Source: a virus. Taken from it: a stretch of 64,000 nt of DNA. Within the stretch, counting starts at the first letter, position 1, and every line of letters starts with the position of its first letter. The position numbers were made by a program, and so were the translations under genes. The stretch covers positions 13,742-77,741 of the IMG/VR virus record IMGVR_UViG_3300042541_003876; one strand, written 5' to 3'. The notes under the pieces were generated by a model. It had not been told where the DNA came from. It saw only the letters and a program-made list of their open reading frames with translations, and did not search any database. Shown one piece after another: positions 18,999 to 31,600 of the stretch.

Positions 18999-19723
18999 GT
19001 TACAAAATAAATGGATATTTACAAAATCCAAACCATGCAATTACTGTTGATGTAGTTGGTTGTGGCGGTACCGGTTCTTTTGTTCTTTCAAGATTAGCAA
19101 GATTAAACTATGCTCTTAAAGCAATGAATCATCCCGGACTCCATGTGAAAGCTTACGATGATGATAAAGTAGAATCTCATAATGTTGGTAGGCAAAATTT
19201 CTACGAAACGGATGTTAACGATTACAAATCAACAAATATTATTGAGAAATGTAATATGGCTTACGGAACAACTTGGGAAGCTTTTAGAAAAAAACACGAT
19301 GCAAAAATAAATTCAAATATTTTGTTTTGTTGCGTTGATAATGTTCAATTCAGAAAAGAAATCTATGATCGTGGTAAAATAAAAATTACTAATCATACAA
19401 TGTATAATCAAGGATTGTATTTGTTTGATTGTGGAAATGGAAAAGATTTTGGCCAAGTCATAGTTTCGGAACTATTTGATTCTAATTTAAAAGACACCAT
19501 TGATTTCTTTCCGGAAATGATGTCTCAAGACAATGAAAAAACTCAGGGAACTAAAGGTTGCAGTTATGCAGAAAAACTTCAAGAACAGAGTTTATTTATT
19601 AATGATTTTATTTCTGCAGAAGCTTGCAATTTATTTTTTGTGATGCTTACGTCAAAAACAATTGATTACCAAGGCGTGATTATCAATCAGAACAATTTTA
19701 AAAAACAACCGTTAAAAATTTAA
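18995..19723 (+). CDS. E1-like activating enzyme (PRTRC ThiF family)
   Basis: Motifs VVGCGGTGS, DDDKVESHNVGRQNF, CCVDN, DCGN and GCS-x2-E-x-L-x2-QSLFIN. Confidence 0.93.
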   Translation: MSYKINGYLQNPNHAITVDVVGCGGTGSFVLSRLARLNYALKAMNHPGLHVKAYDDDKVESHNVGRQNFYETDVNDYKSTNIIEKCNMAYGTTWEAFRKKHDAKINSNILFCCVDNVQFRKEIYDRGKIKITNHTMYNQGLYLFDCGNGKDFGQVIVSELFDSNLKDTIDFFPEMMSQDNEKTQGTKGCSYAEKLQEQSLFINDFISAEACNLFFVMLTSKTIDYQGVIINQNNFKKQPLKI

Positions 19724-19725
19724 TC

Positions 19726-19947
19726 ATGAGTACATATGAAATTTTCTTTTGGTTAATGCTTTTCTTTTATTGGATACAACAATTTATTAATTCAAAAAAT
19801 CGAAAGAAACAACAGAAACTTAATGCAGAAATATTGTCTTACAAAGACAGAACGATTGCTTCGTTGATTAGACAAAATCAATTGCAAGCTGCAAAAATTG
19901 ATTTCCTTGAAAAGATCAGGAGATACCCTAACGCTAATTACAATTAA
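19726..19947 (+). CDS. small membrane-anchored coiled-coil protein
   Basis: N-terminal hydrophobic segment IFFWLMLFFYW. Confidence 0.65.
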   Translation: MSTYEIFFWLMLFFYWIQQFINSKNRKKQQKLNAEILSYKDRTIASLIRQNQLQAAKIDFLEKIRRYPNANYN

Positions 19948-19948
19948 A

Positions 19949-20119
19949 ATGTTTATCGTAATATTTAATATCGGAAGCCGTGACGTCACATTGATGACAA
20001 ATAACCATGGATTTATTGAAGAGTTTTATGACTATGAAACCGCTGTACAACATGCTAAAGAATGGTTAGACGAAGACCAGTTCAGAAAATTTGAAGTATT
20101 TGAAAAATCAAAAAATTAA
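19949..20119 (+). CDS. hypothetical protein
   Basis: ATG at 19949, directly after the previous stop. Confidence 0.65.
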   Translation: MFIVIFNIGSRDVTLMTNNHGFIEEFYDYETAVQHAKEWLDEDQFRKFEVFEKSKN

Positions 20120-20123
20120 AAAT

Positions 20124-20579
20124 ATGTTACTAATCGAAGACAAAAGAGAGCGATACGTCGTTGATAAAAAGAATTTCAAGGGAAATGTTCAATCAATCCT
20201 TTACGGTCAAAAATGCCCATACAGCGGAAAGACTGAACGGGAATATTTATCACAAGGATTTGTGATTTATGATTCGTGGGATTTGTTTTACGATGAAATG
20301 GTAAATCCTTATTTACTTTCCTTACAAGGTGAGTGGGTTGAAATTTCAGAAGAGCGATACGATGATATGCTAAATTGCTTACCACCGATGCGCTGGAGAA
20401 ACATTGCTTCCGGAATAAATTGTTTTGCAATGTGTGAAGGATTAACCTATGATTTGCATTCATTTTATTTACAAGTTACCGACGGAAAATCTGTAAAGTA
20501 TTACACCGCTGTTCGCAGGATTCGTGAAAAAGATTCAGTGATTGCAGCAGATATTATTAATCAATTGAAACTAGGGTAA
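20124..20579 (+). CDS. DUF1419-like protein
   Basis: EISEERYDDMLNCLPPMRW...FAMCEGLT. Confidence 0.7.
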   Translation: MLLIEDKRERYVVDKKNFKGNVQSILYGQKCPYSGKTEREYLSQGFVIYDSWDLFYDEMVNPYLLSLQGEWVEISEERYDDMLNCLPPMRWRNIASGINCFAMCEGLTYDLHSFYLQVTDGKSVKYYTAVRRIREKDSVIAADIINQLKLG

Positions 20580-20818
20580 TGAGAGCAATTGATATTAATA
20601 ATGACGATTTATATGAATACAAAAAAGATCGTCAAAGAACAAAACAACGACTTCAACAGCTTATTGATTTAGGTTGTGAAGAAATTGGCGTTTTTTCTTT
20701 TGGAATTAAAGATGTTTTTTCCGGATTGTATATCGAAAAAGTTTGGAGTTATTCTGAAAAAGACTGGAATGATTATATGGATTTTACTAATAAACTAATT
20801 AAAAACAGCAAAAAATAA
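20579..20818 (+). CDS. hypothetical protein
   Basis: TAATG coupling at both ends. Confidence 0.75.
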   Translation: MRAIDINNDDLYEYKKDRQRTKQRLQQLIDLGCEEIGVFSFGIKDVFSGLYIEKVWSYSEKDWNDYMDFTNKLIKNSKK

Positions 20819-21342
20819 TGGAATTTACAATAGAGCAATTTAAAGCAATGAATAAAGGAAACGAAAATCTTGGCGCTTACTTCGGTGAGTGGACTCCTGA
20901 ACTTGGATTTCCCTTTTCTTTTAACGAAAAAAAAGTTCAGGAAAATTTTGAACTTTTTAAAGAAATGCAGAAGTCAAGATTTGTTATAAATCCTTCACCT
21001 ATTCATCCGCGTAATGGCGATGTTATTCATTTGCCAAATAACAAAATGGTTTATATCTGTCATGTTTGGGATACCAATGTACAGACTACACAAGGTGGTT
21101 CATTTTCGCTTCATTCAGCGGGTGGGATGTCTTACTCAGGTGGATTAGATTCAGGTCTTAAAATAGAAGATTTGGTAGAATCAGATGAGCAGGATTTTTG
21201 TATCTGCTGGTTTCCGGAAGGTGGAAGACTGCGAGCTCATTCTGCGCTTTTTGCGAAAATCAAAGTTCGTGTTTGGAAAGTAAAAGAAGATGCCGACCTT
21301 TCCGGTGTTTGGAAAAGTAAAGAACGTAAAACAGAAAATTAA
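20818..21342 (+). CDS. hypothetical protein (DUF4121-like)
   Basis: PRNGD...GGSF...SYSGG...CWF...AH pattern. Confidence 0.6.
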   Translation: MEFTIEQFKAMNKGNENLGAYFGEWTPELGFPFSFNEKKVQENFELFKEMQKSRFVINPSPIHPRNGDVIHLPNNKMVYICHVWDTNVQTTQGGSFSLHSAGGMSYSGGLDSGLKIEDLVESDEQDFCICWFPEGGRLRAHSALFAKIKVRVWKVKEDADLSGVWKSKERKTEN

Positions 21343-21356
21343 ATAAATTTTAAATT

Positions 21357-21593
21357 ATGGATGCAAAAACAGCAAGACAAATAGCCGAAAAAACAAAATC
21401 AAGTGCTATTAACAAAAGCTTTGATGAAATAATGACTAATATTTTACGTGACAGTAAACAAGGTCATTTTGAAAGTCATTACTACAAATCAATACCTTTT
21501 GAGACTACCGTTAAATTGGAAGAATTAGGCTATAAAGTTTCTAAACCTTTACAATCCGGGCCAAATGAAATGTGCGTAACTATTAAATGGTAA
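21357..21593 (+). CDS. hypothetical phage protein
   Basis: Common phage pattern A-x2-AR...LEELGYKV...IKW. Confidence 0.75.
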   Translation: MDAKTARQIAEKTKSSAINKSFDEIMTNILRDSKQGHFESHYYKSIPFETTVKLEELGYKVSKPLQSGPNEMCVTIKW

Positions 21594-21596
21594 ATT

Positions 21597-22025
21597 ATGA
21601 AAAAGCAATTAACAAAAGATAACAATCATCTTTACTTCTGGGTTAATAATGAAGAATTGTTTGAAACCTATCAAACTATCAGAGGTCGAAGATGGAGATT
21701 AATTATGCCTGTTTTGGGTATGAAAAATATTGAGAAATGTTCTGAAGAGGATATCGAAATGATTGAAATGATTTATGTCAATATTTACAATCTTGAAGGT
21801 AGATTTCAATTTTATCTGCAAATGGTAAAATTGGATAAAGACAAAATTTCAGTGCATCAGTACGAAGAAACCCGAAGAGCATTTTTCGGAGCATGCGGGA
21901 TTATTATGGATATTTTCAAAAATAGAATTCCTGAAGAAACAGATGAAAATGCATTTAATATAATGACCAATTTAGAAAATCAAATAAAGAATTTTTTTAT
22001 TGACCAGGATAACAATTTTAATTAA
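21597..22025 (+). CDS. hypothetical protein
   Basis: 142-aa ORF containing QYEETRRAFFGAC. Confidence 0.7.
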   Translation: MKKQLTKDNNHLYFWVNNEELFETYQTIRGRRWRLIMPVLGMKNIEKCSEEDIEMIEMIYVNIYNLEGRFQFYLQMVKLDKDKISVHQYEETRRAFFGACGIIMDIFKNRIPEETDENAFNIMTNLENQIKNFFIDQDNNFN

Positions 22026-22030
22026 TAATT

Positions 22031-22297
22031 ATGAATACAAAATATAATACTAAAAAAAAACTAAAGAAATTAAAAAAACAAATTGTAGAAAATTCTGCAA
22101 TTTTTGTAGGTTATGATTGTTCAATACTGGAAAATTTACCAAGTTATTCTTTATTACAAGCTATAAAAGAAATTTCTATACATCGATTTATTAAAGAAAA
22201 AACTGATGAATCAGAAAGCATGAATATAGTAGTAACAGAATCTGTAAAAGCAATGAGTTATCAGGACTTTAAAAAAGTTTCAGATTTTTTTATTTAA
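22031..22297 (+). CDS. hypothetical protein, last gene of the plus-strand arm
   Basis: 88-aa ORF whose stop overlaps the stop of the convergent gene. Confidence 0.6.
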   Translation: MNTKYNTKKKLKKLKKQIVENSAIFVGYDCSILENLPSYSLLQAIKEISIHRFIKEKTDESESMNIVVTESVKAMSYQDFKKVSDFFI

Positions 22298-22545
22298 TCA
22301 TCTACACCATAACCGTGTTGAGAAAGCAATTCAATCTCAATCTCACCGATGCTTTCTTTAGCATTGAGATTGAGATTTTTTTTAAAAGTTTCTTTTTTAC
22401 GTCGGATCATATCAGGAATAGAATAACCTTTTATTATTACATCATTGATTTTTCTTTTACGAGAAACAGTGGTTACACGACCTGTTTTCTCTTTAATTTC
22501 TAAAGTGATATTGGCTATATAAATAGGTACATTAAATTTTTGCAT
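22294..22545 (-). CDS. small basic hypothetical protein, probably leaderless
   Basis: ATG at 22545 lies 3 nt downstream of TATATTTG (22549-22556, minus strand). Confidence 0.7.
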   Translation of the reverse strand: MQKFNVPIYIANITLEIKEKTGRVTTVSRKRKINDVIIKGYSIPDMIRRKKETFKKNLNLNAKESIGEIEIELLSQHGYGVDD

Positions 22546-22557
22546 AGACAAATATAT

Positions 22558-22597
22558 AAAAAACCACTTTTATTGTGAAATAAAAGTGGTTTTTTTT
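22558..22597. terminator. bidirectional intrinsic terminator after the RNAP gene
   Basis: AAACCACTTTTAT-tgtgaa-ATAAAAGTGGTTT with flanking A and T runs. Confidence 0.85.
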
Positions 22598-22635
22598 AAA
22601 ATCAAAAATGATACTAATTATATGGCTGGTCAAAT

Positions 22636-25600
22636 TTAAAACATATTATTCAAAGCTGCAACCGGTGCCGGAACAAGTTTTCCTGCAAGCCTGTCTGAAT
22701 TCAATATCAAATGACTATCCGAAATTAATTTATCAATAGCAGGATTGTCTGTAAATGTATTTACTGCTGCCAAAGAAGAAACTAATCCCATTGTCACCAA
22801 TGCTGAATTTAATTTTTTTCTTTCATTAGAGTCAAGGTTTTTGTAATAATTTACAAAAGTTTTAGGAGTCCATTCACCACGATATCCTTTCTGAATTGTT
22901 TCAAGCAAAGCAGTATAAGTTCCTATGGTAACATTTCCATAACGGTCAATGTCTTTTTTGCCAAATAAAGTATTGAACATTGTTGGAATGTACCTATTAA
23001 ACTGCATCATTGCTCTTCCCCATGAATACATTTGAATCATTCTTTGATCAGTTGGTTGATAACCTCTGCCATGAACTGCTTTAATTTGATCTTCATAAAG
23101 AGTCAATTTATTTGAATTAATTGGATTTCCATTTTTTAAAGTTTCCCATTCTTCATCTTGAAGTTTACCTAAAAAATGTACACCTTGAATCCATTTCTCA
23201 CTCCATGTCATTGGAAACAAAGCAATATTCATTAGATTTTTTTCTACTGAATTTTTGTTATCCATATTGACATCATCGTAGATATTAATATCCATGAATC
23301 CAGCAGTTTTCAATACCGCCATGGATTCCCGAATTCCCTTAAAAGGATCGGTGATATCAAACTTCCCACTTTTTCCCATCCAAAATCTTTTTTCTCCTTT
23401 TAGCCAATCGGTACCACCAGCTTCTACAACATTGTTGAATTTACCAATCAGCACATTTCCCACTGCATAAACTCCGGCACCCATTGCTAAACCCTTCCAT
23501 CCAAGCCAATAAACTAAACTTCCTTTGGTGATATAATCAACGACTTTATCCGATGTAATTCCCATTGCTTCCAATGCAGGAATATTAGGAATTGAACTTT
23601 GTTTTTGACCGCCAATAAAATATTGTTTCCAAACTTTGTTTACATAATCTGATACATTTTTATCTCCATTAGCATCTGCTTGTGCAAGAATTCCGTCAAT
23701 AACTGGAACCATTTTTTTAAAGCCTTGAAAATTTTCATTTCCATGCTGGAATAATGTAGCATGAGCATAATCAACAAAAGATTTGTTTAAATCCAGCGAA
23801 GGAAAGTCTGCGGACTTCACACTCCTTCCACTTGCAAACCTATCCATAAACACATCACCTAAAGCCCCGCCGATTTCGATAGGGCTTTGGAATATTGGTG
23901 AACCGTCTTGGTTGATTCCTTTTTTATTTAAAACAATTGCTTTTCGTTTTAACTTTATATAATCTAAAGCGTGCCGGTTACTCCGGTTTGGGCCTGCCGA
24001 TAATCCATTGTAGATGTCAGTGATTTCTTTGAATGAAACTCCTTTCATTAACATGGCGTTGACAGGATTTATGATATCCATTTTAACATCGTTGATTTTT
24101 TCATCAACTGTTTTGGCATTTACCATCAATCCAAGCAATCCCCTTCTTGATAATATTTCCCAGTTTGCAGGAGCAACGTGCGGTATATAATCTTTCCTTC
24201 CTGATTTCCCTTCTGGCAAAGCAAATCCTTTTAAAGCATCAGTCGTTGCACGTGAAATATTGTAGAAATTATATTGAGCATCGGAAATACTTCCGGCTTT
24301 ATGTTCTCTCTCTACAACCTCTCTTGGTTTATACCTCATTTCATTGTAAGAATTCCCTTCATTATCTTTTTCAATAATAATCATCAAAGGCCCATAAAGT
24401 TTTTGGTAAATTTCCTGTTTGTTTCCAAACAAATTTGTCTCAACATTTTTGATGTAATTTTTAATATTACCTGAAATTCCTTTACCGCCGTAAGGCTCAT
24501 AACCTAACTGTTCTTTGTATAAAGCATTGGTAGCATCATTAATTTTACCGACAATTTTACTTCTTTCATTCAAAAAGTTTTTATACTCTCCTTCCATTCG
24601 GCGAACTAAGTTTTGTACAGCTGGGTGATTACTGGGAACATTTCCGGTCATGAAATATTTCTGCAAAATAGAAATATCATTTCCGTCATATTCGCGACCC
24701 GTTAACATTGTTTGGTCAGTGGCTGCTCTCGTAGCTAATTCTTTTATGATTGGTGCCACAATTTCAGCATAAGCAAATTTATTCCGGTTTCCAAAACCAA
24801 CTCCATTTCCATATTTATTTCCGATATCATCACGAGAATCATAAAGCTTCAGTAATTCATCATTACTCATTGTTTTTACTGAATCAGTATTAATGATCGA
24901 TTTTAATTTATCGGCTTCCATTTTATTACTGACATATGCCTGATGCATGGAAATTTTACGGTTTTCAGAAAACTCTTTAGAATACTCCATAACCTGATCA
25001 TATTCGTCTTTGTTCATCAGGCGAGCAAAATTCCAGTAATCTCCCCGCATTTCACGTCCATCTGACAGTTTACTCATATCCAATGGTCTTGCAGTAGATT
25101 CATTAAAAATACGGTCATTTATGCCTGTTTCCAGCGTTGCAGGATTTTTAATGGTGATGTAATCCAAATTAGGATTTGCATTGTATTTACCAGCGTAACT
25201 TTTTGAAATCAACCTATGAATTGTCGGCAATAATGTATTGCTGTAATATTCTTTAGTGCTTGAACTTTCTTTATCCAGTTTCAGCTGAGCTCTCGTGTCT
25301 TTATCAATCCCTTGGAATTTTTGAATTAAGTCTTTTCCAGATTTGTCTTTTGTTCGGAAAATAAACGGGTCACCTTTCATAAATGAAGCCATTAAACTTT
25401 CATTGTTTACAGACAATTCGGGATTCAAATTTCTTTCACCATTTCTGCCGTAGGAAAATACATTGTCATAGCTTCTGAATAAATCAGGGTTATTAAAAAT
25501 GGCTTTGTTTTTTAATTGCTGCAACTGAACATCTGTAGCTTTATTTTCTTTTGACATTACAGATACTGTCTGTTTGATCCCACTCTCAAATAATGGAAAC

Positions 25601-28600
25601 AACGAGTTTGGTCCTGACCATCCATTTTTCATCAAATCATAAAGAATCAAATCATTCTTAAGTTCCGACGGAAGCGCCGCAAATTCCTGAATCATTTTGC
25701 TTCTCAAAGTATCATCAGCAGAATTATTGAAAAAATCACTGTTCAAAGAAATATATTTATTGCTTGATTTTAGAGATAAGTTTAAGCCTTGAGTAAGCAA
25801 TAAATTGCTTTCAAAATTGGTAACACTGGCATTAGGGTTTTTGCTGTCATAAAAAGCAAAATCTTTTTTGTACTCAGTAATCTGTTGAGCTAAATTGTTG
25901 AATATGTTTTTTGGTCCAGGAACCTGGCGTTTTGTTGCTGGATCAATTTCATATTTTGTTAAAGCTTCATAAACTTCGCGATCCACATTATTCAATCCTA
26001 AAGCCTGAGCAGTATGGAAAATATCCAAAGCATTATACAAAGCTTTGTGATTATCAGCACTCATTTCTTTTGTAGACAAACTGGTAATTTCATTGTAAAC
26101 TGCTTCGGTATTTCCGGAATAAACAGGATCCAGCTTTTTCTGTGCATCTTGATTTTTAATCAAAACATTTTTGTAATTCTGAACGATAGGACTGTTTTTA
26201 AAATCATCATTGGTAATCAAATGACGGTTATTATCCGGATTCATTCTGTTGTCAAAGTTTTTGATAACGTCATTAATCTCAAATGGATTTACGGTCATTG
26301 TATTGTGAATTGACAGTACAGCACTAATGTCAGAAAGTTCAGTTTCCATTTGATTGATGGTATTAATCAAATTGTACAATTCAATTTCTTGTGACTCAAT
26401 TTTTTTCGTATCGATGTTTATTTCTGAAAATTTACTTCTTTTTAAACCAAATTCAGTACGAAGTTTTTCCATCACATTATACTTCTCATCTTTATTGAAA
26501 GCACTGGTATTATTATTTTTTAACGCTGAATATCTTTTGATCATCGGTGAATTTAGAATAACTGCAACCTGGTCCAAATCAAATCCAAGATTAGTAAGTA
26601 CCATTGCAATAGGAATGGTATTAGTGTCAATTCCCAATTTATTAGCAAAAGCATTTTTGGAATTATCCAGAATAATGTTGAAGTTTTTCGCTGAATTAAT
26701 GGATATTGATTTGTCTGCAGCATCCATAAATTGGTCAGCATAATTACCATCGATATTAATCGGAACTTTAATTCCAATACCGTAATTTCTAAACATTCCT
26801 AAAGTCGTATGAAGATTGGCTGCCAATCCCACATTTGCTTTTGCAATCAAAGTATCTTCGAAAGCTTTTTGTCTACCTCTGGAAGAAAATGGTAACGTAA
26901 AATCAGTTTCGGTTTTTCCCCAAACTTTTTCAGCTGCTTCCACTGCATTTTGCGCATCTTCTTTAAAGTCGATATCCAATCGGATTTCGTCCTGCATCTG
27001 AGGGTTCAGATAATGTTTTTCAATTTTACCCAAAATTCTATTCCAGTCACCGGTCCTGCTTCCTTTGTGCTGAACAAATATCGGATCACCATCATTATCA
27101 GAACCGATGGTTTTTTTAAACTCATTTGGCAATTGGATATTATTTCCTTTTTCTCCGGTAGTCCCTACTACTTCAAAAACTCCTGTAGACTGAATACCAT
27201 GTGAAGGAATACGCGTTGCCAAAACGGTGTCTCCGGCGGCGTAAAATCCTATATGTTGACCACTTGCATTGAATACTTTTCCAACTTCAGTTCCGCGGTT
27301 ATTTGCTTCTGATTTAGCTAATTTCATTTGCTCTTCCAACGATGACTGTTCCGTATAAGTTCCAACAAAATATTTTCTGACTTTCAGTTTATTTCTTTTG
27401 TTGGAATCAGAACCATCTACCATTCCTTCCGGAATAACAACCTCACCTTTTGAAACGGTACCATTGGAATTTGTTTGGTAGAAATTTAAACCAACGTTTC
27501 CGGATTCAGCATTTAAGTCTGAACTTGTTGCATATTCTTTTTCAAATAATGATGGTTTTTCCCGGAGGATTCCCCCGGGGGTTTTTATTTTCAAACCATT
27601 CTGTTTGATGTAATTGGCGATTGTATTTTTTACAATTGATTTTACTGCAGGAGTTTGAAGTGATACATTTTCATTGAATAACAAAAAGTTTTGAGTCTGG
27701 TCAATTAAATTCGGATCAATCAAATCTTTGATAAAAGTTCTGATTTCTGAATCGGTACCACTTATTAATGTTTCCATTCCGACAGTCAGCTGTTGTTCAG
27801 AAAGATTCCTAATGTCATTTAAAATATCATTGACAAAATCTTCATTTTCATTTAAAGCTATATTGCTTGTAAGCGATTTGATGAACTGAACAGAAGTGTT
27901 GGCAAAATCTTTATCAATATCCATTACCTGTTGAATACCAAAGTTAGAACCGTCTGCACCGATAAAGTCATCACCTTCGTAATACATTTTATCCAGCTGA
28001 TTTAATGCTTCCTGAAACTGTTCCGGATTGCTTTCAAAAGCATCGGTAATATTTTGGAAATTCATTAAAGCCGGATTTTCATCGGTAGTTCTATGATTGT
28101 AATAATCAGGAAGATTGTTTGATTTATTTGCCGAAATAGGCACAATCATAGGAATATAGTTTCCGGTACCATCCAACAAATTCATTGAAGGTTTACCATA
28201 TTTAGATTCGTATTTTGCTTTTCTTGCTTTCAACAATTCATAAGCGCCTTTTAAAGCAGGGTTTTTAATGACAACCTCATCATTAAGAACGGTAGCAAAT
28301 CCTTTGTTGTAAATATTCTGGCCAAGCATTCCCGGAGCATTTCTCTCAATACCGGTATGAATCAGTTTGAATGAATTACCTAAAAGCATCATGTTACCAC
28401 CAGCTGATCTAAATCTTTCTGCGTCATCTTCCAAAATATAAAATCCGGAATCGGTTGCTTCAAAATCATCCAATTCATTGATTTTAATATCTTCCAAATA
28501 AATCGGTTCCACGCGGGTATTTGGAAAAGTAAACATCGGCGATGATGCAGATTTTGCTCTTTTCACCAACTCATTGTCTCCATTTGCTTTTTTCATCTGG

Positions 28601-31600
28601 AACGACGGAAAGAAAATCTCAGTAAAATTGGTACCATTGATAATTTGATTCATTTCAAATTCTGCAATTTTCATTTGGCCGTCACGGTTTAATTTACCTG
28701 TAGCTGGATCAGTAATTTTTTGGAATTTCTTATCATATTTAAATGAAGTTAAATTGTCGTTAACAAAATTAATTTGATCTTTTACAGAATCCAACAGCAA
28801 GCCTTTAAATTCATCAAAAGTTCCGTTGTAACCCAAAGCCTTGTGAGTATTATAAATATTGTCTAAAAACGCTCTGTTGGTAAAATCAATGCCGTCTTTC
28901 CCGATTTTCATAATATCAGCAATATCTGTTTTAGGCATTTCGGTATAGAATGCTCGTGTACTGTCTGAGAATCTTCCCAAGTCCATCAAATAAGTTCCTG
29001 CTTTGTCAGTATTCAAAAAAGTAACAAATTGGCTTAATCTTTCAGTAACAGGATCACTTGTTTTTAAAGTGGTTCGTTTATCATTGTTATAAGCATTTTG
29101 AATTCCACCGTATTCCAATAAATCGATATCTCCACCATTGGAAATTCTATCATAAATAAATCCTGCAAATTTGTTGGATAATGCTCCTTTTCCTTCAGTA
29201 TTTTTCAAAGAATGTTTAGCGATAAACTCATTTTTTGAATTTCTTAAAACATCTTCTTTTAAATATTTAAAATTACGTGAGAGGTAATTATCGACAATTC
29301 TTGCTTGGTGCATATTGTTGTCTGCATGCATTACGGTATAATCAGCGCGGTACTTACGGTTTTCATTGATAAGACCCTGTACTACCATTCTGATTCCCGG
29401 CTTCATAATAGAAGCGTTATTTGAATCTAATTTATAAACTCCAGAAGTGAATTTATTACCAACTTTTTTAATGAACTGTTTGGTCTTGGTATTACGAGCT
29501 CCTTCTACATTTCTAATTTCACCAATAAAACCATTTCCACTTTGATCTGTAGCTAGAGAAACAATAATTTGGTCAAGCGGATAAGCTTTACCATTAATAT
29601 TAATTCTGTTTGCTGCAATCAAAGATTTTGAGTCAATACCAAATTCATTACGAACTAAAAATCTAGTAATAACATTAATGTCATTACGTGTGTAATCGTT
29701 GTTTTGAATATTATTCAAAGATTGATTTAGAGTAATATATTCTTCCTGTAAATCAGAATTGTTTTTACGGTTGTTTCCAAAGAAAGGCTCTTTGATACTT
29801 TCCATAATATTTTCATATTGAGTCTTTTCTTTGTTGCTTAAATTTAATTCTACTTGGGATTCTCCGGAAGGATTTACATAATTTTTAAATGAAGAAATAT
29901 TACTGGTGTTATTCTCGTGCCAGTAAAACATTTGCATTACCATATTTTTGTCACCACGGTTTATTTTATCTAAATGTTTTAAAAATTCCTCAACTTCATA
30001 ATACGGTGATTCTTCCATTCTTCGGATAAAATCAGAACCGGACCACGCAACTTTTGCCAATCCACTCATTTGATAACGAAGCTGGTCAGCTTTCACATAA
30101 GGAATGTTTTTCCAGTTGGCTTTTTTTCCATTGATACTATTGATATAGGAAATTCCTTTATTCATTTTCCGAGTAAATGCTGTAATCAATGGTGTAATTT
30201 TGTTTACATACGAAAACCGGTTATCATCATCAAAAAAATTATTGAAATCAATATCATCAATTAAGTTTTCTAAATCTCCGGAAGCTAATCTTTGCGGTAA
30301 AGTTTCATTATTGATAAAAGCTTGGCGCTCTGCTTCAATGGAATTTTCAATTGCTTGTAGACGATTTGAAATCTGGTCATTGTTTTCCATTTCTAAAGAT
30401 GCGCGACCATCTGCAGAAATAAGTTTGCCGCTAATTTCATTTTGAAACTGATCTAAAATAGAATTTAAATTATCAGAATATTCAATTTGATCATCCTCAC
30501 TTAAAGTTTTGAAAAACACTTCTCTTTCAGATTTATTACCAAGGTTTTTTCCTTGCTCTTTGATTTTTCCCCACCATTTTTTTGCAAGAAATTTTCGGCG
30601 AGGTTCATCTTCAATTGAAGGATTACTGTCTTTGAAATATTTGTTATACTTGTCAGATAATGGACCTTGTAATGTTGCCGCGAAAACTTCATCAGCGATT
30701 ACCTCCTGTTCTATCAAAGGAATATTTGTAATGAATCCTTTTTTGATTAATTCTTCAATTTTAGAATCTCTTTCTTCCTGGGATAAGTCTCCAAAATTTT
30801 GGAACAATTGTTCCCGAAAAAGAATTTCACCATCTTTTTTACGGTACTGAATTTTATCTTCGTAACGATCAAGAATATTATTAACCAAAGTTTTGTTTCT
30901 AAAACCATTTCTCAGCATTCTTTGAGTTTCCTCGGTATCTTTAGTCAAAGCATAGTAAATGTGCGAAGCTTCATGCATGAAAACATCATTCTGGTACCAC
31001 TTTGATTCGTCAATATAGATTTGTCCGGCCAAGGCAAAGCCCATAGCTTTTACGCCTACAGTTTCCTGCATGTTGCGAACAGAATAAACATTAATGTTCA
31101 TATCTGGAAATACTCTTTTCATTGCATTGGAAACTCCAATCGATTGTGATAAGAATTCAAAATCAGCGGTACCGAAATCACTTTCAAAAAAATTAACTGC
31201 TTTTCCTTTTTTGTTTCGAAGATTGTTTAAACCATTGGAAACAATATCCAAAGCTGAACTGACAATCTTTTCTTTATTGAAAAATTTATTTTCTTCCTGT
31301 CTTGCATCACGACGATCATTGAACATATCAGGATTTGCAGGTTTAACAGTAATTTTTTCTTCTGAATTTTCTTCAGCTGCTGGTGATGCTTCATTAATGG
31401 ATTTTTTACCACTAATGTTTTTCATCATTTCTTTAACCTCAATTTTTTCTTCGTCGGATAAAGTTTCATCGTTATCCACAAATTTTGAAGGGTTATCCAC
31501 GATTTCATCAACTTCGGTTTTGAAAGCTTCATAAACCTCAGCTTGTTTTTTAGTCAATTCCTTACCATCCAGAATTTGTAACGCCAAAGCATCTACAGCA

